From contig JAPXLY010000002.1 of NCBI GenBank assembly GCA_033809295.1, positions 1 to 58,337 on the forward strand: 58,337 bases of DNA, given 5' to 3'. Source of the stretch: Bacillota bacterium. GTDB lineage: Bacteria > Bacillota > SHA-98 > UBA4971. Below are positions 17,600 to 25,061 of the stretch, piece by piece; the stretch's first letter is position 1, and each line of letters starts with the position of its first letter. A model generated the notes under the pieces. It saw only the letters and a program-made list of their open reading frames with translations. It did not search any database and was not told the origin of the DNA. The translations under genes and the position numbers were made by a program.

Positions 17600-18622
17600 T
17601 TACCGCGGGATGGCCAACTTCTGGCCGGCCCAGATAACATTGGCGTCCTTGATCCCGTTAGCGTTCATCAGGGCCTGGAGCGACACTCCGTAGCGAGTTG
17701 CAATCGCCCAAAGTGTGTCCCCGGGTTCCACGATATGAGTCCTGTTTCCGTGGCCGGTTCCTAGTCCCGAAGGGATCGTAGTGCCGCCGGTGACAGGAGT
17801 GGACACCCACGGGTTGTTGTTTTGGATGATTATGACCTGGCCTACCCACAGGGCATCCGCATTTATGTCAGGGTTTAGCTCGGTGAGCCTGTAGACGGTT
17901 ACGCCCTGCCTTACTGAGATTGCCCAGAGGGTGTCCCCGGGGCGCACGTAGTAGACGATGCGTCCTCCCGTTCCTGAGCCCGGATTCTGTGTAACAGGCG
18001 GGCCCGGAATCGGGTAATTGGGCGTAAGGTCATAAGCTGCCACTGTAGGGCCGTTCTGTCCCCAGTATGTGAAGGAGGTCTTAGCCTTCTTCGCGATTGT
18101 AGCAGCGTCTTCAGGCTTGGTGATCTCACGGACACTATTGATTGTCCAAATCATCCGTGCTCCGGAACCGAAGGGTTGGATTAGCTGGACAACATACGCC
18201 CGTCTTCCATGCTGCACAAGGACCTTCGCTTCGCCGGTTCCTGAATACTTGCCCACTTCCACCTTGCTAAACAGGGTGAAAGTGTCGGTTGAAGGATTCA
18301 GGCCAAGGTCTTGCCCCTCAAGTCGGGCAACCTCCACCGGGTCAAGCCGCCACAGGTGATAACCTTGATTTACCTGCAACTGTATCCCGTACAGAGTCTG
18401 CCAATCGATGGTCACAGGCCCTGTGGTGACTGCTGATTCAGATGAAGTGTTTCCGGTGTAGTACACTTGCCCGTTTTGCCCTGCCCTAAAGGACGGGTGA
18501 ACCGGCAATCCGTTTGTGGATCTCTGTGCACTTGCATCTTCAGCCAGAGCCGTCACTGCCATCGATGCAACCATGGTGACCACAAGTATCAAAGTAACCA
18601 GATACTTCTTCAGATGATACAA
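17600..18622 (-). CDS. secreted protein with two C-terminal LysM domains
   Basis: LysM repeats YYVRPGDTLWAISVRQGVTVYRLTELNP and HIVEPGDTLWAIATRYGVSLQALMNANG. A TTG start at 18622 is preceded by GGGGAG (7-nt spacing) and gives a canonical signal peptide (KKYLVTLILVVTMVASMAVTALA). The 84 extra codons up to 18874 look non-coding. Confidence 0.8.
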   Translation of the reverse strand: MYHLKKYLVTLILVVTMVASMAVTALAEDASAQRSTNGLPVHPSFRAGQNGQVYYTGNTSSESAVTTGPVTIDWQTLYGIQLQVNQGYHLWRLDPVEVARLEGQDLGLNPSTDTFTLFSKVEVGKYSGTGEAKVLVQHGRRAYVVQLIQPFGSGARMIWTINSVREITKPEDAATIAKKAKTSFTYWGQNGPTVAAYDLTPNYPIPGPPVTQNPGSGTGGRIVYYVRPGDTLWAISVRQGVTVYRLTELNPDINADALWVGQVIIIQNNNPWVSTPVTGGTTIPSGLGTGHGNRTHIVEPGDTLWAIATRYGVSLQALMNANGIKDANVIWAGQKLAIPR

Positions 18623-18927
18623 ACAACATCTCCCCTTCTGCGGCAGAAGCCGCCAGGTAAAGTATGGTATTAAGGGTGTTGTCACCCTCCCGGCTATGAT
18701 ATCTATCCAGCCTTGGGCTGTCACCCCACAAATGATTCCACAATATGAAAAGAGCGGAACCGGGATGGATTTTGCCTGACTCACATAAGATTCTTGGGAA
18801 GGGATTTGAGAATTTTCAGCGAATTTGTGTGTTAGCCAATTCTCATGTCGTAGAAAACAGTAATGATTATCCAAAGCTCATTATTGGCCACGGAGAGCAT
18901 GGATAGTCCCTAGAAAGGGAGACTAAT

Positions 18928-20445
18928 GTGTCAACAATACTTATCAACGGCGGGACTCTTACTTATGAGGATGTCGTAGGGGTTGCGCGCTATCATAAAC
19001 ATGTGGGAATTGCCGGTGATGTGCGGGAGAAGGTTGACAGGAGCTGCCAGGCAGTAGAGTCTATCTTAACCCAGGACAGAGTAATCTATGGAGTCAACAC
19101 CGGCTTCGGACATCTTGCCTGCGTTAGAATCTCTCGTGATGAGCTCTGTAAGTTGCAGGAGAACCTTATCATGAGCCATGCGTCAGGGACAGGCGCTCCT
19201 TTTCCTGATGAAGTGGTAAGGGCCATGATTCTTTTGCGTGCCAACTCCCTTGCTAAAGGCCTGTCCGGGGTTAGATACGAACTAATCGAGACTTTAGTGG
19301 CTCTGGTCAACCATGATATTTGCCCGATTGTCCCTGAGCAAGGTTCCCTTGGTGCTTCAGGCGATCTTGCTCCCCTCGCGCACCTGGCCCTTGGCGTCCT
19401 CGGGAAAGGGAAGGCCAGGATGGGCGGTGTGCTGATGGACGCGGACGAGGCTCTGCGGAGAGCCGGAATTTCATCTCTCAAGCTTATGCCCAAAGAAGGC
19501 TTGGGCCTCATAAACGGCACACAAGCCATGACTGCTTTGGGTGCCATTGCACTCTACGACGCCTTAGTGATGGCTGTGACTGCTGATGCTGTTGCGTGCC
19601 TATCCATGGAAGCTTTGAGAGGAATTCCCGATGCTTTCCGCGCGTGTCTTCACCAAGCCAGACCTCATCCTGGCCAGACGGAATGTGCAGAGCTCCTTAG
19701 CCGGTTGCTGCAAGGAAGCCGGCTTGTGAGTGCTCCGGGCGAGCTGCGAGTGCAGGATGCATATTCACTCAGGTGTATACCTCAAGTTCATGGTGCCACC
19801 AGGGATGTCCTGGGATATGTAAGCAAAGTAATCAATACTGAGATAAACTCGGCCAGCGATAATCCCTTGGTTTTCCCTGACGGCAGCGTGATATCAGCAG
19901 GCAATTTCCATGGCCAGCCTGTGGCGTTCGCCATGGATTTCCTATCAATCGCCGTTGCCGAGCTTGGAAACGTATCCGAGAGGAGAATCGAGCGGTTACT
20001 GAACCCGACTCTATCGCAGCTTCCGGCTTTTCTCACTGCGCACAGCGGTATCAACAGCGGCTTCATGATTCCCCATTACACTGCTGCATCCTTAGTATCT
20101 GAGAATAAGGTCCTTTGTACGCCTGCGAGCATAGACTCTATTCCGGTATCCGCATCCCAGGAAGACCACGTTAGTATGGGGACTACCGCTGCGCGCAAGG
20201 CCAGGGCAGTCGTGGGGAATGTTGCCCGTGTGCTTGCTATTGAACTCATGTGCGCTTGTCAGGCGGTAGAGTTTAGGGGGCCTGAAAAATTAGCCTCTCT
20301 GACTCGCAAGATCTACGACTTGGTTAGGGACGTCGTGCCTCCTCTTGAAGATGATCGCTGGCTATATCCTGACATTGAAGCAATCACTGAGTTGGTTGTA
20401 AAAGGCGAAATAGCACAAGCGGTCAAACCTGCCAACCGTCGCTGA
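18928..20445 (+). CDS. hutH: histidine ammonia-lyase
   Basis: MIO-forming GASGDLAPLAH triad context, NTGFG, QDAYSLRC, and Ser-His at the position of the HAL specificity pair (NLIMSHASG, compare LVLSHAAG in Pseudomonas HAL). GTG start with AAAGGGAG upstream. Confidence 0.93.
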   Translation: MSTILINGGTLTYEDVVGVARYHKHVGIAGDVREKVDRSCQAVESILTQDRVIYGVNTGFGHLACVRISRDELCKLQENLIMSHASGTGAPFPDEVVRAMILLRANSLAKGLSGVRYELIETLVALVNHDICPIVPEQGSLGASGDLAPLAHLALGVLGKGKARMGGVLMDADEALRRAGISSLKLMPKEGLGLINGTQAMTALGAIALYDALVMAVTADAVACLSMEALRGIPDAFRACLHQARPHPGQTECAELLSRLLQGSRLVSAPGELRVQDAYSLRCIPQVHGATRDVLGYVSKVINTEINSASDNPLVFPDGSVISAGNFHGQPVAFAMDFLSIAVAELGNVSERRIERLLNPTLSQLPAFLTAHSGINSGFMIPHYTAASLVSENKVLCTPASIDSIPVSASQEDHVSMGTTAARKARAVVGNVARVLAIELMCACQAVEFRGPEKLASLTRKIYDLVRDVVPPLEDDRWLYPDIEAITELVVKGEIAQAVKPANRR

Positions 20446-20582
20446 GGAATGTGCTAGACTTGTCCAGGTAACATGCCGGGCTCATCCAGCCGTTGTATCA
20501 GCCGGTCCACCGGTTTGGCTTTGGCTAATGTGCCGGCTTTGTTTCTGTATTGCAGCGCCAGGATAGTGGGAGGGTGGTTAGG

Positions 20583-21548
20583 ATGAGGCTAAGGTTTGCA
20601 AAGCTCAACCCGGCGGGTAATATCACCATACTTGTCCTGGATCCGGTCCACGAGTCTATCCATGCAAAGGTGGCAGCGGATCTGATGAACCCTGCTGTCC
20701 TTGGCGGAGAGCAGGTGGGCTTTGTTACGCTTATGTCAGAGGGCCCGGTCGCAGCCTCCATGCGAATGATGGGTGGTGAGTTCTGCGGTAATGCAGTCAG
20801 ATCCCTTGGAGCCTATCTGGCGTCAATAAGGCATCCGGCAATGGGAGTGACGAAAGGCAATACCAACCTATTGCAAGGACTTATCCAAGTACAAGGCCTG
20901 GATGAGCCTATCCTCGTCGAGGCTGAACTGGACCAAGAGGAGCTGCCGCATTGGGCATCATGTGCGTTTCCCGGCGTGCCTGAGGTCGAGTTCTATTTCG
21001 TGGAAGCTCTCTCATGGACTGCAGGCGGGCTTGACAAAAACATTCGCATCCTGCCGTGTCTCAGCCCTAAAGATGTGCTCGAATCATGGCTGGGAGAGGT
21101 TTCCCTGAGGCTGCGGCCGACTGTTGTGGCACTGGTCAGATTGGAGAGAATCACACACATAGTTGTGGATGCAAGGGACTATCGTATGGAAGAGGATGTT
21201 CTCTTGGAGCTGTGCGATACTTTAGGGCTGGAAGATGAGGCATGTGTCGGGGTCATGTTCCGCCAGGGATTTGATGAGATAGTGCCTCTGGTATATGTAG
21301 AAGCCACTGATACGTTTGTTTGGGAGTCAAGTTGTGCCTCGGGCAGTGTCGCTGTTGCCCTGGCCTATGCAACCGCGCGCGGAGAACCGGGGAGCTACAG
21401 CTTTAAGCAGCCTGGTGGGACTCTATCCGTCACTGTTACGCCACCCAATACGGGCGGGGCTCATTCAGCTCCTTATGCTACGGTCAGTGGAGAGGTGAGA
21501 CTGGTAGCTGAAGGCACTGTTTTCATTGACACTGTCTTCATACATTGA
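20583..21548 (+). CDS. DapF-fold (PLP-independent) racemase/epimerase-like protein, substrate unknown
   Basis: Two half-domains, each with a Cys in the DapF-type context (GGEFCGNAVRSLG and WESSCASGSVAVALA). GGAGGGTGG lies upstream of ATG 20583. Confidence 0.65.
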   Translation: MRLRFAKLNPAGNITILVLDPVHESIHAKVAADLMNPAVLGGEQVGFVTLMSEGPVAASMRMMGGEFCGNAVRSLGAYLASIRHPAMGVTKGNTNLLQGLIQVQGLDEPILVEAELDQEELPHWASCAFPGVPEVEFYFVEALSWTAGGLDKNIRILPCLSPKDVLESWLGEVSLRLRPTVVALVRLERITHIVVDARDYRMEEDVLLELCDTLGLEDEACVGVMFRQGFDEIVPLVYVEATDTFVWESSCASGSVAVALAYATARGEPGSYSFKQPGGTLSVTVTPPNTGGAHSAPYATVSGEVRLVAEGTVFIDTVFIH

Positions 21549-21559
21549 CACTTCTTGCT

Positions 21560-22133
21560 GGAATTCCGCAAGGCATAGAGCGTAACATGTAGTCAACTAA
21601 CGTTATTGCTGCAAGGGAGCAATTGGAACTGGCTGTTGGATATTGGAAAATGGTGTCATCACACTGTAATGAGTTACATGATTGTGACAAGGGATCAATT
21701 ACCACAGCATACCATCTTCGGACCGGCTCACTGGGTGGGCCAAGCAACCGCATGGGAGTCATTAAATCTGCTTGAATGGCCCACTGGATGGGCCACTCAA
21801 CTACACCGAAGTCATCGGATCCCCTAAGATGGCTCACTGGGTGGGCCACACTCCCTGCGGAAGCCCTTAGATCCCCTTGAGTGGCTCCCCTGCATGGGCC
21901 ATTCAACTACACGAAAGCCATCGGATCCGCTTGACTGGCTCTCAGGGAGAGCCAATCGACCGTCTGGACGCTTTCAAACTCCCCTGAATGGCTCTTTTGC
22001 TGAGCCACGTTGAAGTAGGATACCCTATAAGGGAGCTTTGATATGCTCCATGCGACATCACCCTGATGGCAAGGACAGGATAGGCTCTCTTAAAAGTCAG
22101 CGGGGTGATTCGGGATAAGACAAAGAGCATATA
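21560..22133 (+). repeat. copy 1 of a two-copy modular element (5' block, six 53-nt hairpin modules, 3' block); candidate structured RNA
   Basis: Alignable by eye with 38238-38730. Hairpins TGGCYC..GRGCCA start at 21724, 21777, 21830, 21882, 21936 and 21989. U.G pairs are valid only on the + strand. See findings. Confidence 0.9.
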
Positions 22134-22304
22134 AGGGGATATCCTTCAGAAAACGCTTAATTTGGGGGAAAGGGGGCTTTATATGCTCTTTCATAGATGG
22201 GTAGGACTCCCATCTAACCTGACGGCTACAACCAGAGTGCCAGTTGAAACGCATACCCAGGGGAAACGGCGTTTGCGGAATTTCTGATTAGGCCGGCAGG
22301 CATC

Positions 22305-22333
22305 TTGCAGTCTGCTGACAAATAGTGTAGTAT
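22305..22333 (+). promoter_or_regulatory. candidate sigma-A promoter of the FMN riboswitch-ribU transcript
   Basis: TTGCAG (22305-22310), 17 nt, TAGTAT (22328-22333), about 25 nt before the riboswitch P1. Confidence 0.5.
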
Positions 22334-22354
22334 TTAGATAAAACCAATAGCCGA

Positions 22355-22500
22355 CAGTAGATCTTCGGGGCAGGGTGAGGCTGGAGGCTCCAGCCAATTC
22401 CCGACCGGTGGTGAAGCCGAAAGGCAAGTCCACGAGCCGCAAATGCGGTTGAGCCGGTGTAAAACCGGTACCGACGGTAAAGTCCGGATGGGAGAAGGTC
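22355..22500 (+). promoter_or_regulatory. FMN riboswitch (RFN element) aptamer
   Basis: Matches the RFN core as I remember it from the B. subtilis ribD leader: ATCTTCGGGGCAGGGTGA...AATTCCCGACCGGTGGT...AGCCGGTGTAAAACCGGTACCGACGGTAAAGTCCGGATGGGAGAAGG. Confidence 0.85.
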
Positions 22501-22548
22501 GCAAGCTGACGCAACGTGCTTGCCATGACTTGAAACTCTCTGAAAGAG

Positions 22549-22590
22549 CAGCCCTGAGGTCTAGTGCCCAGGGCTCTGTTGTTTCTTTCA
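22549..22590 (+). terminator. riboswitch expression-platform terminator
   Basis: CAGCCCTG ... CAGGGCT stem followed by CTGTTGTTTCTTTC. Confidence 0.65.
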
Positions 22591-22624
22591 GGCAGCACAC
22601 ATTGCTCAGGCGGTATGCCGGAGC

Positions 22625-22758
22625 GCTATGCCGGGCAAAGCCGGGGCGCTGCGCCAGGTAAGACCAGGGTGCTATGCCAGTTAGACCAGGGTGCTTTGCC
22701 AGTTAGACCGGAGTGCTATGCCAGTTAGACCGGAGTGCTATGCCGGGTAAGACAAGAG
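22625..22758 (+). repeat. about six tandem copies of a 22-nt unit (TGCTATGCCAGTTAGACCRGRG) in the ribU leader
   Basis: Units read directly: gctatgccgggcaaagccgggg / cgctgcgccaggtaagaccaggg / tgctatgccagttagaccaggg / tgctttgccagttagaccggag / tgctatgccagttagaccggag / tgctatgccgggtaagacaagag. Confidence 0.9.
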
Positions 22759-22804
22759 GCCGGAGCCCGGGCAACCAAGGCTGTAAAGGAGGTTGCCTTC
22801 ACTT

Positions 22805-23401
22805 ATGAACAGGAGAACCAGAACACTTGTAACATTAGGTGTACTTGCGTCTATAGCAGTGCTTTTGTCCCTTGTCAACTGGCCGCTATTTCCATCAGCT
22901 CCGCATTTGCGCTTCGAGACGGCTGACGTGCCTGTGTTAATTGCAGGATTCGCTTTTGGGCCGGGCGCGGGATTGATGGTGACTTTCATTATGGCGGTCT
23001 TGATGGCTGCCATCACAGGCCTTGACGGGGCAGTCGGAGCCTTGATGCATTTCCTGAGCACAGGCAGCCTGGTGCTGGCTGCAAGCTTTGTGTACAGACG
23101 ATATCATACGCTTGGCGGTGCTATAGCAGGTCTCATAGCAGGCACTATCGCACAGACTCTGGTAATGCCTCTTGTGAATCTGGCAATAATCCCCTTAATC
23201 TACGGATTCTCCAGACAGCAAATAGTAGCCATGCTCCCTATACTGTTTGCCTTTAATGCTGTCAAAGCCGGGCTCAGTTCGATTCTCACGTTTCTTGTAT
23301 ACAAGCGCGTATCATGGTTGCTCAAGGGTTTGGTTCGAGACAGCGAAGATGCCGGGATTATCACGGCCAGGCAGTGCCCGGCAAGGCAAACCCGGCGCTA
23401 G
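22805..23401 (+). CDS. ribU: ECF-transporter S component, probably the riboflavin-specific RibU
   Basis: ~198-aa, six-helix hydrophobic protein (ETADVPVLIAGFAFGPGAGL). The substrate is inferred from the FMN riboswitch upstream. AAGGAGG lies 12 nt before ATG 22805. Confidence 0.75.
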   Translation: MNRRTRTLVTLGVLASIAVLLSLVNWPLFPSAPHLRFETADVPVLIAGFAFGPGAGLMVTFIMAVLMAAITGLDGAVGALMHFLSTGSLVLAASFVYRRYHTLGGAIAGLIAGTIAQTLVMPLVNLAIIPLIYGFSRQQIVAMLPILFAFNAVKAGLSSILTFLVYKRVSWLLKGLVRDSEDAGIITARQCPARQTRR

Positions 23402-23775
23402 TGGCAACATCTATGCGGGGCCGGGGATGGGGGGGACGACCCCCCATCCCATGATAATCGTTAAGTAACGATTAGGGCGTCCTCCGCTCACTGTAGAGGG
23501 CGTCCTAATCACTGCATAATCACTGCAAAAGAACGCCCAATTGGTGCCAAGGCGCGAAGCTTCCAGGGTTCCACAAATATCCGTTGCTTTCTAGCAGGAC
23601 TATTAACAAGCAGTATCGAATGTTTATTGATACCTAGTGCTCTATAGGAGTAAATTTACTCTGAGAGGCTGAAAAATGGCTTTGGGGGTGATAATCCGGT
23701 ATCACAATTGAGCTGAACACAGCGTTTCTTAAGAATCTATGACTTATTAAGTAGATTAGGAAGGGGAGTAGGATA

Positions 23776-24897
23776 ATGAAGAGGTTCGTTATTTGCTTAT
23801 TGGTTTTGACGTTTCTAATTGGCGCGATAGGTGTTGTCGGGACTGCAGCTCCTGCGTACAAGATTGGCCTTGTAACAGGAACAGTGTCCCAAGGTGAGGA
23901 CGAGTATCGAGCTGCCGAGAAGATGAAGGGTAAGTATGGTGACATGATAAAGCACGTCACCTATCCTGACAACTTCATGCAGGAGCAGGAGACCACGATA
24001 GCCCAAATCACCGGCCTTGCCGCGGATAAAGACGTCAAAGCCATCGTAGTCAACCAGGCAGTTCCGGGCACAGTTGCCGCTATCAGGCAAGTTAGGGATT
24101 TGCGTCCGGATATCATTTTCCTCCTGGGCGTTCCCCATGAGGATCCTCCTCTAGTAGCCGTCACTGCAGACCTTGCATTCGAGACCGACCAAGAAGCGCG
24201 AGGCGTGACAATTGTCAACCTTTCAAAGCAACTAGGCGCCAAGAAGTTCCTCCACTATTCCTTCCCAAGACATATGTCCATGGAGCTTCTGGCGAAGCGC
24301 CGTGACATCATGAAAGCTGAATGTGACAAGATCGGATTGGAGTTTGTTTTCGTGACCGCTCCGGACCCAATGGGCGAGTCAGGCATACCCGGCGCTCAGC
24401 AGTTCATTCTTGAAGATGTTCCTAGGCAAGTTGAGAGGCACGGGAAGGATATCGCTTTGTTTAGTACCAACTGCGGTATGCAGGAGCCTCTTATCATTTC
24501 AGCGCTGAACACCGGCGCGATCTTCCCTGAGCAGTGCTGCCCGAGCCCGACTCACGGTTACCCGAATGCCCTCGGCCTTGAGATCACTGACGAGTTGAAA
24601 GGCAATATCCCTGGGATCCTAAAGGCGATCAACGATGCTATTGTCGCAAAAGGAGGGGCAGGACGATTTGCCACATGGCCAATTCCCACAAACTACCTTC
24701 TTGTCGAAGCTTGTGTAGAAATAGCCCGTGACACAGTTGAAGGCAAGATGGACCTTAACGATATGAACGCGGTTAAGGAAAGATTAGAAACTGCGGCCGG
24801 CGTTTCTATGGGAATCCGCAAGCTTCCCGAGCATGAAAAGGAGAATTTCTATCTCATAACAAGCGCCTCCGTCATTTTCGGGAAAGACGAATTCTAA
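23776..24897 (+). CDS. ABC-transporter substrate-binding protein (periplasmic-binding-protein type I, DUF3798-like)
   Basis: Signal peptide MKRFVICLLVLTFLIGAIGVVG. YKIGLVTGTVSQGEDEY start typical of this SBP group. Strong RBS GGAAGGGGAG. Followed by a CUT2-type ATPase and two permeases. Confidence 0.8.
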   Translation: MKRFVICLLVLTFLIGAIGVVGTAAPAYKIGLVTGTVSQGEDEYRAAEKMKGKYGDMIKHVTYPDNFMQEQETTIAQITGLAADKDVKAIVVNQAVPGTVAAIRQVRDLRPDIIFLLGVPHEDPPLVAVTADLAFETDQEARGVTIVNLSKQLGAKKFLHYSFPRHMSMELLAKRRDIMKAECDKIGLEFVFVTAPDPMGESGIPGAQQFILEDVPRQVERHGKDIALFSTNCGMQEPLIISALNTGAIFPEQCCPSPTHGYPNALGLEITDELKGNIPGILKAINDAIVAKGGAGRFATWPIPTNYLLVEACVEIARDTVEGKMDLNDMNAVKERLETAAGVSMGIRKLPEHEKENFYLITSASVIFGKDEF

Positions 24898-24929
24898 CGA
24901 GAAATAAGCAATTCACAATGTGAGGTAGA

Positions 24930-24960
24930 GGGGTGCCGGGTAATCCACACCCGGCGCCCC
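24930..24960 (+). other. GC-rich intercistronic stem-loop after the SBP gene
   Basis: GGGGTGCCGGGT - aatccac - ACCCGGCGCCCC (12 bp, one U.G), with no clear U tract. This is the usual place for a processing or attenuation hairpin that sets the SBP excess. Confidence 0.5.
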
Positions 24961-25061
24961 GCCTCTTTAGGCGGCGGGAATAGCGCAGGCCTGAACAAAG
25001 TTAGAGTTCGCCTCTGGTTTTGCCGGTGGATCTTGTACTGTGAGAAGGGAAGAACAAGAAC

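Noticed and set aside
21606-21906. ORFs overlapping element copy 1 (21606..21827 +, 21538..21906 -) and the matching ORFs in copy 2 (38332..38577 +, 38252..38461 -), whose translations resemble each other
   Set aside because: The similarity simply mirrors nucleotide conservation. Both strands stay open. There is no RBS. Differences between the two copies fall on first and second codon positions rather than silent third positions, and module number (6 versus 4) changes the protein length arbitrarily.
21724-22007. Reading the 53-nt periodic hairpin/linker array as a CRISPR array
   Set aside because: The repeats are only about 19 nt and are not identical. They vary by compensatory changes. The spacers are related to each other (for example 21796-21829 versus 21902-21935). 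No cas genes or leader are present. The array is embedded between conserved flanking blocks that recur with it at 38.2 kb.
21724-22007. TGGC-containing motifs as sigma-54 promoters (TGGCAC-N5-TTGCA)
   Set aside because: The second half is GRGCCA (a palindrome partner), not TTGCW. The spacing is 5-8 nt inside a hairpin, and the motif repeats every 53 nt with no gene downstream.
22191-22600. - strand ORFs 22191..22598 and 22334..22600
   Set aside because: They lie across the FMN riboswitch and its promoter on the opposite strand, and the riboswitch match explains the conservation.
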